Shown here piece by piece: positions 8,680 through 16,989 of a stretch of DNA of 64,000 nt. The stretch spans positions 482,080-546,079 of the forward strand of contig CAWIIN010000001.1 in NCBI GenBank assembly GCA_963836285.1. Reading direction: 5' to 3'. Origin of the DNA: an uncultured Acidobacteriota bacterium (GTDB lineage: Bacteria; Acidobacteriota; Thermoanaerobaculia; UBA5066). A model generated the notes under the pieces. That model was not told where the DNA came from. It saw only the letters and a program-made list of their open reading frames with translations, and searched no databases. Every line of letters starts with the position of its first letter. Position 1 is the stretch's first letter. The position numbers were made by a program, and so were the translations under genes.

Positions 8680-8886
8680 TCAGGCCGTCCCGAGCAGGAC
8701 GGCGTTCTCGCGGGAGCGCAGCGTGCCGTCGGCGTTCATGACGAGGATCTCGGCGCGCGTGAGGCCGGCGAGGTGCCGTGCGGTCCGCATGGCTTCGTCC
8801 CGCGTCTCGAAAGAGGCCATCGGCTGCCCGGTTCCGACCTCGTGGACGAGCCAGAGGCCCTCCTCGTGCACGACCATGAACCTCAT
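8680..8886 (-). CDS. DUF2188-like small protein
   Basis: MRFMVVHEEGLWLVHEVGTGQPMASFETRDEAMRTARHLA..ILVMNADGTL. The start was chosen at the internal ATG of track ORF 8680..8979. Confidence 0.45.
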   Translation of the reverse strand: MRFMVVHEEGLWLVHEVGTGQPMASFETRDEAMRTARHLAGLTRAEILVMNADGTLRSRENAVLLGTA

Positions 8887-8971
8887 CCGGCGCTCCCGCA
8901 CGGGCTCGAGTCTGCTGTCCGGACGTCGGTGCCACCAGAGCATGAACATGCCCCCCGGAACGTGCGCCGTG

Positions 8972-9913
8972 TCACGCAATCCAGCCTGCGAGGATCGCGG
9001 CGGCCGTCGCGGTCGCCGCGAGAAGCCAGAGAGCGACGCCGAGGACGACCGGCCTCGCGCCCACGCGGGAGATCGCCTCGCGTGTGAGGGTCGTCCCGAT
9101 CAGAAAGAGCGTCACGACGAGGACGCGGGTCGCGCCCGCCGCTACCGTGTGCCCCGCCCCCCGGAGCGCGGGCGCCGAGGTCACGACCGCCGCGGCCCCG
9201 ACGAAGCCCGCGAGAAACCACGGGACGGCCGGGCGGACTGCGGCGCTCTTCCCTGTCCGGTGCGCGTGGAGTCGGGCCGCGACGAGCGCCACGGGGACGA
9301 TCCAGAGGGCGCGTGCCAGCTTGACGGTCGTCGCGACCTCGACGGCCTTCGGTCCGTACGCGGCGGCGGCCCCGACGACCGAGCTCGTGTCGTGGATCGC
9401 GAGCGCCGCGAAGAGCCCGAACCGCGCCTCGTCGAATCCGAGGAGGTGCCCGATCGGCGGAAAGACGACGAGCGCCGCCGCGTTGAGAAGGAAGACCGTC
9501 GCGAGAGCCACGGACACCGACTCCGACTTCGCCTGGATCGCCGGGGCGACGGCGGCGATGGCGCTGCCGCCGCATATCGCGGTCCCCGCGGTGACGAGGA
9601 TCGCGGTGTCCTCCTCGACGCCGAGCGTCCGCGTGAGGGCGAACCCCGCCGCGCACGTGAGCGCGATCCCCGCGGCCGTGTAGCCGACGCCCCGGGCGCC
9701 CACGCGCGCGACGACGGCGAGGTCCGCGGCGGCCCCGAGCCCCACGACGGACAGGCCGAGAAGGAGGTGGGCGAGGCGCTTGGTGCCGCCGGGCCACGGG
9801 TTCCCGGCGGCGAGGGCGACCGCGATGCCGAGCACGAGCGCGCCGCCCGCGGGCACGAACGGCGCGAGACACGCGGCCGCGAAGACGGGGACGAGGACGC
9901 GGCCGGCGCGCAC
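8972..9913 (-). CDS. YeiH/UPF0324 family membrane protein (putative sulfate exporter family)
   Basis: 313 aa polytopic membrane protein with the motif TAICGGSAIAAVAP, typical of the YeiH family. Confidence 0.75.
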   Translation of the reverse strand: MRAGRVLVPVFAAACLAPFVPAGGALVLGIAVALAAGNPWPGGTKRLAHLLLGLSVVGLGAAADLAVVARVGARGVGYTAAGIALTCAAGFALTRTLGVEEDTAILVTAGTAICGGSAIAAVAPAIQAKSESVSVALATVFLLNAAALVVFPPIGHLLGFDEARFGLFAALAIHDTSSVVGAAAAYGPKAVEVATTVKLARALWIVPVALVAARLHAHRTGKSAAVRPAVPWFLAGFVGAAAVVTSAPALRGAGHTVAAGATRVLVVTLFLIGTTLTREAISRVGARPVVLGVALWLLAATATAAAILAGWIA

Positions 9914-9936
9914 GGCCGGAGTGTAGGCTAGCGCCG

Positions 9937-10806
9937 ATGGCTTCCCCGCACCGCGACGCCTCGGTCCGGGTGCACGTCGTTCGCCGCGACGGAGACGCGT
10001 CGCGGCGCGACCGGGACTCCCTGACGGCCGAGGAGCCGCTCGAGATCCGCCTGCGCGAGGAAGGCGGCCCGGCGACCCGCTTCGTCGTCACGATGCGCAC
10101 GCCCGGCGACGACGACGACCTCGCGGTCGGCCTCCTCTACGCGGAGGGCGTCATCCGGGGAGGCGCCGACGTTCTCGCGGTCGGACCGCCCGACGATCCG
10201 GGCCTCGCCCCGGACCTCGCCCGAAACGTCCGCGTCGTCACGCTCGCTCCGGGCCGGGCCGCGTGCGCTCCGCGGCGGGCGACCGTCATGGGATCCGCCT
10301 GCGGCGTCTGCGGCCGGACGTCAGTTTCCGACGTGATCGCTCTCGCGGCCGCGGCTCGCGCGCGCGCGGAGGCGTCGGTCGCGGGAGACACCGCGACCGA
10401 TCTCGCGATCCCCGCGGCCGTGCTGACGCGCCTGCCGGATCTCCTGCGCGAACGCCAGGCCGTGTTCGCCTCGACGGGCGGGCTCCACGCGGCCGGATTC
10501 TTCGAGCTCGACGGGACGCTCGAGGTCGCGCGCGAGGACGTCGGCCGGCACAACGCGACCGACAAGGCCGTCGGGGCGCTCCTGAGGGCGGGGCGGGCGA
10601 CGCCGCCGGTCCTCGTCGTCTCCGGACGGCTCGGCTTCGAGATCGCGCAGAAGGCGGCCCTCGCGGGCGCGAGGATCGTCGCGGCGGTCTCCGCGCCCAC
10701 GAGCCTCGCCGTGGACCTCGCCGAGGAGGCCGGGATCACGCTCGTCGGGTTCCTCAGGGGCCCGCGTTTCAACGTCTACGCGCACCCGGAGCGCATCCGG
10801 GGCTAG
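9937..10806 (+). CDS. fdhD: formate dehydrogenase accessory sulfurtransferase FdhD
   Basis: 289 aa with the motifs SACGVCG, EDVGRHNATDKAVG and SGRLGFEIAQKAALAG. Confidence 0.85.
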   Translation: MASPHRDASVRVHVVRRDGDASRRDRDSLTAEEPLEIRLREEGGPATRFVVTMRTPGDDDDLAVGLLYAEGVIRGGADVLAVGPPDDPGLAPDLARNVRVVTLAPGRAACAPRRATVMGSACGVCGRTSVSDVIALAAAARARAEASVAGDTATDLAIPAAVLTRLPDLLRERQAVFASTGGLHAAGFFELDGTLEVAREDVGRHNATDKAVGALLRAGRATPPVLVVSGRLGFEIAQKAALAGARIVAAVSAPTSLAVDLAEEAGITLVGFLRGPRFNVYAHPERIRG

Positions 10807-10842
10807 CCGCCGCCTCCCCGCTCGGGCGGCCGGTGGCATGCG

Positions 10843-11292
10843 TCACTCGTCGAGGGCCCAGCTCGTCCCGTCCCGGCGCAGGCGAACGGACACGCTCGTG
10901 AGGTCCGGGAGGGCGCCCGGATCGCGCGGGTCCGTGCACGAGAACCCGGCGCTCCAGTAGGCGACGGATTCCTCCCGGTGGACGAGCCGGGCCTCCGTGA
11001 ACGTGCACCTCACGCGCGACGCGTCCTCGCTCGGGAATGCCTGCCCGGCCGCGCGCGGGGCCAGCACCGCGGCGCGGCCCGCCACGAGCGCGCGCATCGC
11101 CTCGTCTTCGCGGGCCGCTTCCTCCCACGCGGGCAGACCCGCCTCGGGCGCGACCGCGGCGGTCGCCACGGGCGTTCGATGCTCGAGGCGGATTGGCGCC
11201 TTCGAGTCCAGCATCTTCCCCATGCCGACCGCGAGGAGGGCGACGAAGGCGAGCCCGAGGCCGGCGAAGATCCAGGCGCCGCGGTTTTCCAC
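10843..11292 (-). CDS. membrane-anchored hypothetical protein
   Basis: From the GTG at 11292 inside track ORF 10843..11682 the protein reads VENRGAWIFAGLGLAFVALLAVGMG (one TM helix), followed by a soluble domain. I recognise no family. Confidence 0.4.
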   Translation of the reverse strand: MENRGAWIFAGLGLAFVALLAVGMGKMLDSKAPIRLEHRTPVATAAVAPEAGLPAWEEAAREDEAMRALVAGRAAVLAPRAAGQAFPSEDASRVRCTFTEARLVHREESVAYWSAGFSCTDPRDPGALPDLTSVSVRLRRDGTSWALDE

Positions 11293-11309
11293 GCTCTGCT
11301 CCCGGCCGC

Positions 11310-13364
11310 CTACCTGAGGAGATTGTCCTCGACGAACTTCACGCCGGCGTAGAACTGGAAGTCCTGGTTCTTCTTCTTCGAGAAGCCGTGTCCCTCGTCG
11401 TTGGCCATGAGGAACCACACGGGTCCGCCGTTCTTCTTGATCGCGGAGACCATCTGCTCGGCCTCCGTGTACGGCACGCGCGGGTCGTTCTTCCCCGCGA
11501 CGATGAACATCGGCTTCGTGATGTTCCCCGCGCTCGTGAGAGGCGAGACCCTCTCGAGGAACGCACGCATCTTCGGGTCGCGCTCGTCGCCGTACTCGAC
11601 GCGCCTGAGGTCGCGACGGTAGGCCTCCGTGTGCTCGAGAAACGTCACCCAGTTCGAGATCCCGACGACGTCGACCGCGCACCGGAACCGGTCGTTGTAG
11701 TGCGTCATCGAGGCGAGCGTCATGTAGCCGCCGTAGGAGCCGCCCGTCACCATCACGCGGCTCTTGTCGAGCCCGGGCTGCGCGGCGATCCAGTCGAGGA
11801 GGGCGCCGACGTCCTTGACCGTGTCCTCGCGCTTCTCACCGTTGTCGAGCGCCAGATACGTCTTGCCGAACCCGCTCGAGCCGCGCACGTTCGGGAAGAT
11901 CATCGCGACGCCGAGCTCGTTCATGAAGAAGTTGTTGCGTCCGAGGAAGCCCGGCTGGAACTGTCCCTCCGGTCCGCCGTGGATGTTCACGATCACGGGC
12001 CGCGGCCCCGCGAACGAAGCGGGCGGGCGATACAGGAACCCCGTGATCGTCTTCCCGTCGAAGCTCTTCCACGAGATCGCTTCCGGCTCGGAGAACGTCG
12101 CCGCGTCGAGGCCGCCCGTCTCGCTCTCGGTCCAGCGCGCGAGCCGGCCCGTCGTGACGTCCACAGAGTAGACGTCCGACGGCGAGCGCGCCGACGAGAG
12201 CGAGAACGCGAGCTCCTTCGAGTCCGAGCGGAACCGCAGGGAGCCGATCGTGCCGAGCGCGAGCTTCGGGAGCGGCAGCTCGCGGCGCGTCTTCAGGTCG
12301 AGGACATGGAGCGTCTCGGCCCCCGCGTCGTTGAGGACGTACGCGATCTTCGAGCCGTCGTCGGACAGGTCGAAGCCGTTCACGTCCCACTTCACGTCCG
12401 GCGTGAGCACGTCCCACTTCCGCGTCTCGACGTCGACGGCGACGAGCCGGTGGAACTCGTCGTCCTTGTCGCTCGTCAGGTAGACCGTCCTGCCGTCCGG
12501 GGAGAACCGGGCGCGCCCGTAGGAGACCATTTCCTTCGTCTCCGGCGTGAACAGGGTCTTCGCCCCGCTCGCGACGTCGACGAGGTAATAGCGGCTCTCG
12601 TTCGCCGAGATCGCTTCCGCGACGAGCAGGGACCGGCCGTCCGGCGCCCAGTCCGTGGCAAACCAGCCGCCGCCTTTCCCCTGCAGGACGAGCCGCTCCG
12701 TCTTCGAGTCCGACGGGTCGACCACGTAGACGTCGTTGTCCCGGCCGGTCCGTTTCGTGGATTCGTACGCCAGCCACTTGCCGTCGCGCGTGAACGGGCC
12801 TTCCGTGTTCCGCGACTTGCCGTCCGTGAACATCGACACCTTGCCCGTGCGCCCGTCGCGCAGGAAGAGCTGGAACCACTCGCCGCCGCCGACGTCCTTT
12901 CCGAACACGATGTCGTCGCTCTTCGGGCGGTACCGGGCGTTGCCGACGCGTTCCGGGTAGAACGTGAGCTGCGTCCGGGCCCCGCCCGGCATCGCGACGC
13001 GGTGAATCTGCGGGACGTCCGCGAAGCGCGTCGTGATCAGGATCTCGCGCCGCGTCGGGTGCCAGTCCGAGAAGCCCGCGGCCCGGGAATCCCCGTACGA
13101 AGCGGCCTGCGCGGCGATCGCCTTCGGGATCGGCGGGATGCCGTCCAGGACGAGCTGCTCGTTCGGGACGACGACGTCATCGGCGCACCGCGCCGGGAGA
13201 GGGAAGAAGAGAATGCTGCTCAGAAAGAAGAGAAAGGAAAGAGGAAGAGAAAGGGGGAAATGAAGGAAAGGACGAAAACGAAGAGAAGATTTTCTTAGAA
13301 GGTGAAGAGGGGCCGCAGCCCGCCCGCCCCCGGTGCCGTGAGTCGTGCGCATCGCAACCTCCAC
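11310..13364 (-). CDS. S9 family serine peptidase (prolyl oligopeptidase/dipeptidyl aminopeptidase with beta-propeller)
   Basis: 684 aa with TolB-like propeller repeats (FSPDG, WAPDG). The catalytic motifs are GGSYGGYM, ..D.RV.. and the His region NDEGHGF. The first ~60 codons are encoded by the repeat element, so the start is uncertain. Confidence 0.85.
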   Translation of the reverse strand: MEVAMRTTHGTGGGRAAAPLHLLRKSSLRFRPFLHFPLSLPLSFLFFLSSILFFPLPARCADDVVVPNEQLVLDGIPPIPKAIAAQAASYGDSRAAGFSDWHPTRREILITTRFADVPQIHRVAMPGGARTQLTFYPERVGNARYRPKSDDIVFGKDVGGGEWFQLFLRDGRTGKVSMFTDGKSRNTEGPFTRDGKWLAYESTKRTGRDNDVYVVDPSDSKTERLVLQGKGGGWFATDWAPDGRSLLVAEAISANESRYYLVDVASGAKTLFTPETKEMVSYGRARFSPDGRTVYLTSDKDDEFHRLVAVDVETRKWDVLTPDVKWDVNGFDLSDDGSKIAYVLNDAGAETLHVLDLKTRRELPLPKLALGTIGSLRFRSDSKELAFSLSSARSPSDVYSVDVTTGRLARWTESETGGLDAATFSEPEAISWKSFDGKTITGFLYRPPASFAGPRPVIVNIHGGPEGQFQPGFLGRNNFFMNELGVAMIFPNVRGSSGFGKTYLALDNGEKREDTVKDVGALLDWIAAQPGLDKSRVMVTGGSYGGYMTLASMTHYNDRFRCAVDVVGISNWVTFLEHTEAYRRDLRRVEYGDERDPKMRAFLERVSPLTSAGNITKPMFIVAGKNDPRVPYTEAEQMVSAIKKNGGPVWFLMANDEGHGFSKKKNQDFQFYAGVKFVEDNLLR

Positions 13365-13436
13365 CTTCTAAGAAGTCCGAATCCGGATCTTCATCCGAGT
13401 CCGAATCTTCATCCGTATCCGAATCTTCTTCTTAAG
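13201..13436. repeat. inverted-repeat element, copy 3 (fills the spacer between the Gre-domain gene and the S9 peptidase and extends into the peptidase ORF)
   Basis: An ~85-nt polypurine tract precedes the left arm GATTTTCTTAGAAGGTGAAGAGGGG (13288..13312). The right arm is CCTCCACCTTCTAAGAAGTC (13358..13377). Three tandem 18-nt units, TCCGAnTCCGnATCTTCA, follow (13376..13429). Confidence 0.85.
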
Positions 13437-15522
13437 CAAAAACCTCGATCTTCCGGATCGTCACCTCGTCGCCGAGCACCGTCGCCTTCTCGCCGACGAT
13501 CTTCCCGAGGAGCGCCTTGCCGAGCTCGGAGAGATACGAGTAGACGCCCTCTTCGGGCTTCGAGTCCCACGGGCCGAGGAGCGTCAGGACCTTCGTGCCC
13601 TTCGGGCCCTCGAGCGTCACGCGCGCACCCGGGCGGACCTCCGTGGTGTCGATCGCCGCCGGGTCGAGCGCGCGGGCCTTGCCGAGCTCTTCCTGGAGCT
13701 TGCCGGCCCGGGCCGAGAGGAGCTGCTGTTTGTCGCGGCGGGCCTTGTACTCGAAGTTCTCCGAGAGGTCGCCCTCCGCCGCCGCGAGCGCGATCCCCTT
13801 CGTGTTCTCGGGGATCTCGACCTTCAGGATGCGCTCGAGCTCGGCGCGCTTCCTTTCGACGGCCTCCGCGGTGACGAAGAAGGTGTCGTCCTCGGCCTTG
13901 CGGAGGTCCTTGAAGCGCATCTCGGCCGCCGCGAGGAGTCCGTCGCGGCGCAGCGGCTCGAGCTCGTGGTGCCGAGAGAGCCCCTGGAGGAACGTCCGCG
14001 CTTCCTCCACCGAGGCCTGCTTGACGAGCCAGCCCGCCACGAGGCCCGTGCGGTCGAACATCTCCCGCACTTTCGTCCGGAGCCCGCCGAGCTCCTCCCA
14101 GGAGATCGCGTCGAGCAGACGCCCGAGAACCGCCGGGGTCAGGCGCGCGCGGAACGCGTCGTCGCTCGCGGCACGCTGGGCGAACCAGACGAAGGCGCGC
14201 GGGCCCGAGCGCGGGTTCTTGAGGAGCCTGTCCAGGGTTCTCTCGCGCGTTGCGGCGTCGGCCTCCGCGAGCCTGCGGTCGATGAACTCGATCGTCCGAG
14301 CGTCCTCCTCCTTGAAGATCCATTCCGCGAGGATCGCCGGCGCCTCCGTCGGGTTCTCGCGCACGAGAACGTCGAGCGCGCGCTCGCGGATCGTGCGGTC
14401 CGACAGGCGCGCGAGGAGGGCGAGCGGCTCGCCGAGGACGTGCCGTTCGATGTCCGTCGCATGGGTGACACCGGGCACCTTCTCCACGAGGACCGCGATC
14501 TCGAACGCGGTCGCGGAGTCCCGGTCCTCGAGCGCCTCCGCGTCCGCCACGAGGATCTTCGCCATCGCGAGCGCGAGCTCGGTCGAGCGCTTCTGGTTCT
14601 TGCGGAACAGGTCGAGGCGGTCCTTGACGGCCGCCCTCTCGAACTTCGCGAGCAGCGTCGCGTCCGCGGCGGTCGCCGACTGCGACCACTCGACCGTCGC
14701 GTTCTTACCGCTTCCGTGGACGACGACCTGCGGGTTCTTCTTCGCGGCCGTCCACCACGAGGACCACGCTTCGTCGGCCACGAGACCCTTCACGGCGTCC
14801 TTGACCTCCGTCATCGTGAGCGTCCGGTCGAACGAGTCGATGAGGTGCTTGAGGGCCGCGCCGGGATCGGCGAGGACGCGTGTCTTCAGCGCGTCGGGAT
14901 TCGAGAATTTCTCGTTCAGGAAGTGTCCCGGCGGGAGGGGCACGAGCTGGCGCGACGCGATCCCGATCGGCACCGCGACGCCCTTGGCGGCCTCGAAGTC
15001 GAGCCGGACCACGCTGAGCGCGAAGTTCGTCTCGACGACCTGGCCTGCCCCGCGGTTGGCCATCGCGAAGACCTTGCCGGTCTCGAATGGGAGCCACGCC
15101 TCCGCCTTCTCGGCCCGGGCGAGCCCGTCGGCGGGGTCTTTCGCTTCGCGAAACTTGAAGCGCCCCAGGAGGCTCGTGAGCGAGGAGTTGCCGGGCCACG
15201 CCGCGGCGAGCACGTCCTCGAAGAGGCGGTGAAAGCCGTCGGGCGTGGAAGGCGTCGCTCCCGCGCGGACGGCGTCCTTGAGGATCGTCCAGCGAAGGCG
15301 CGCGGCCTCGAGGCCGCCGGACTCCTTCTTCAGCGCGGCGTCGGCCGCGCCCGCGAGGGCCTGGAGCCGGGGCTTCTGCCCGGCGCGGGCGAGCCCGCGC
15401 AGGGCCACGAGAAGGACCTCGGCGTTCGCGACGGGATCGGCGAGCGCCTCCTGGAATGCCGTCTCGACGAGATCGTAGCGCTTCTCCGCGAGAAGGCTCT
15501 GCAGCGAGGCGCCGGTCGTCAA
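13432..15522 (-). CDS. large GreA/GreB C-terminal-domain protein
   Basis: 696 aa. The C-terminus, ..AAAEGDLSENFEYKARRDKQQLLSARAGKLQEEL..VRPGARVTL..YSYLSELGKALLGK, matches the Gre factor coiled-coil tip and C-terminal domain. It follows a ~540 aa helical N-terminal extension. Confidence 0.7.
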   Translation of the reverse strand: MTTGASLQSLLAEKRYDLVETAFQEALADPVANAEVLLVALRGLARAGQKPRLQALAGAADAALKKESGGLEAARLRWTILKDAVRAGATPSTPDGFHRLFEDVLAAAWPGNSSLTSLLGRFKFREAKDPADGLARAEKAEAWLPFETGKVFAMANRGAGQVVETNFALSVVRLDFEAAKGVAVPIGIASRQLVPLPPGHFLNEKFSNPDALKTRVLADPGAALKHLIDSFDRTLTMTEVKDAVKGLVADEAWSSWWTAAKKNPQVVVHGSGKNATVEWSQSATAADATLLAKFERAAVKDRLDLFRKNQKRSTELALAMAKILVADAEALEDRDSATAFEIAVLVEKVPGVTHATDIERHVLGEPLALLARLSDRTIRERALDVLVRENPTEAPAILAEWIFKEEDARTIEFIDRRLAEADAATRERTLDRLLKNPRSGPRAFVWFAQRAASDDAFRARLTPAVLGRLLDAISWEELGGLRTKVREMFDRTGLVAGWLVKQASVEEARTFLQGLSRHHELEPLRRDGLLAAAEMRFKDLRKAEDDTFFVTAEAVERKRAELERILKVEIPENTKGIALAAAEGDLSENFEYKARRDKQQLLSARAGKLQEELGKARALDPAAIDTTEVRPGARVTLEGPKGTKVLTLLGPWDSKPEEGVYSYLSELGKALLGKIVGEKATVLGDEVTIRKIEVFA

Positions 15523-16082
15523 CCCAGCATTCCCTTCTTCAGGTCCTCGGACGGCGGCTTCGGCCCGAGCCAGAGCGCAAAGAGGGCCTCCGCGAACTCC
15601 TTGCCCTCGATGACGCCGAGAGCCTTGTCCCCGAGGGACACGGTCGTCCCGGTGCCGGGGACGTACGAGAGAGCGAGCGTCTCGCCGTCCTTCACGTCCG
15701 GGACCAGCGTGTAGAGCTTCGCGATCGCGGCCTTCTGGGACGCCGCCTTCTCCTTCGCGTTCGCCTCGAACCCTTCCGCGAAGGCGTCCGTGAGCTTCGT
15801 CTTGCCCACGTCGCGCAGGAACGTCATGCGGACGGCCTTCGCCTCGTCCGTCGCGAGGATCGCGGCGGCGTCTTTCGACGGCGTCTCGAGGTACAGGCCC
15901 CCGACGTACACCTTGAAGAACGCCTTCTTGCGGAGGCCGAGGCCGTTGAGCTTGAGCGTCTTGCCCCCCACGGAAATGGTCTCCGGCATGTTGACGCCCG
16001 CGAGCTCCTTCGCGGCGGCGGGGCGGACCGGAAGGGCGACGAGCGCCGCGGCGGCGAGCGTGAGAAGCGTGGAACGTTTCAT
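15519..16082 (-). CDS. secreted chalcone isomerase-like family protein
   Basis: 187 aa with a signal peptide, MKRSTLLTLAAAALVALPVRPAAA. It carries LNGLGLRKKAFFKVYVGGLYLE, typical of the bacterial chalcone isomerase-like family. Confidence 0.7.
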   Translation of the reverse strand: MKRSTLLTLAAAALVALPVRPAAAKELAGVNMPETISVGGKTLKLNGLGLRKKAFFKVYVGGLYLETPSKDAAAILATDEAKAVRMTFLRDVGKTKLTDAFAEGFEANAKEKAASQKAAIAKLYTLVPDVKDGETLALSYVPGTGTTVSLGDKALGVIEGKEFAEALFALWLGPKPPSEDLKKGMLG

Positions 16083-16169
16083 GGCAGTCCTCCTCGAACC
16101 GAACGACGATTCTAGCTTTGCTTCGGACCCGATCCGCTCCGGAAGCGCCTCGGACTCGGAGATGCCGCT

Positions 16170-16265
16170 AATTTCCTAGAAAGTGAAAGAATCGATTCGT
16201 ACCGCAGGAGCCAGGAGACAGCCGATGCGCAAGCCCAGCGCTCATTCACCTTCTAAGAAATCTTC
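16170..16265. repeat. inverted-repeat element, copy 4 (intergenic)
   Basis: The left arm is AATTTCCTAGAAAGTGAAAGAATCG. The right arm is CTCATTCACCTTCTAAGAAATCTTC. Confidence 0.8.
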
Positions 16266-16281
16266 AACGGCGACCGGCCGG

Positions 16282-16986
16282 ATGAGGCGTCGACGGGCGA
16301 CGAGGCCGCCTTCCCGATCTTCTCCGAAAGCAAAGAAAGCCTCCTCGGTGCCCGTCTTCCCGACCCTCCAGGTCGTCTTTGACTCGATCGAGGTCCGGCA
16401 CAACGGCTGGCCGGGCGACGCGGCGCGCCCGACGGACCTGTCCTTGATCGTGCAGCTCGAGACCCCCTCCGCCGCCGCCCCGGACGCGGCGCTCGCCTCG
16501 GCGCGCATGCCGTTCCGCGCGGCCACGGGCGACACGGTCGCGGCCGTGGACCTGCCGCCCGACGCCTCCGGGCGGCCGTTCTTCGGCAAACCCGTGAGGG
16601 TTTCGAACCACGTGAACCTCCACGCGCGGCTCTTCGTCGACCGGACGAACACGGTCGGCCCGATCCTCGGCGCGGCCCTGAACACGGTCATCGGGACGTT
16701 CGTCGGAAAGATCCCGCTCCTCGCCTCTCCCGTGAGGGACGTCCTCCACGTCCAGATCGGGAACGTGATCTCGACGGAGCTCGCGCGCGCGACGGCGATC
16801 GTCCCCGCGGACGACTCGATGGCGGGCACCCATCCCGTCGCGATCGCGCTCGTCGCCCCGCGCACGATCCCCGGCGTCTACGCGCCGCCCGGAAGCCCGG
16901 AGGGCTACCGAAAGGGAGTCGTCGTGGAGGAGGGCGACCTCGTCGCCCTCCTCCACCTCACGCTGACGCTCGTCCTGCCGGGCTGA
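16282..16986 (+). CDS. hypothetical protein
   Basis: This is the internal ATG of track ORF 16183..16986. Codon third positions are GC-rich after ~16330. The upstream part of the track ORF lies in a repeat element. I recognise no family. Confidence 0.4.
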   Translation: MRRRRATRPPSRSSPKAKKASSVPVFPTLQVVFDSIEVRHNGWPGDAARPTDLSLIVQLETPSAAAPDAALASARMPFRAATGDTVAAVDLPPDASGRPFFGKPVRVSNHVNLHARLFVDRTNTVGPILGAALNTVIGTFVGKIPLLASPVRDVLHVQIGNVISTELARATAIVPADDSMAGTHPVAIALVAPRTIPGVYAPPGSPEGYRKGVVVEEGDLVALLHLTLTLVLPG

Positions 16987-16989
16987 GGG

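Noticed and set aside
13376-13429. The 18-nt tandem repeats could be a CRISPR array.
   Set aside because: There are only three directly abutting units with no spacers, and they are part of the flank of the palindromic element. No cas genes are in the window.
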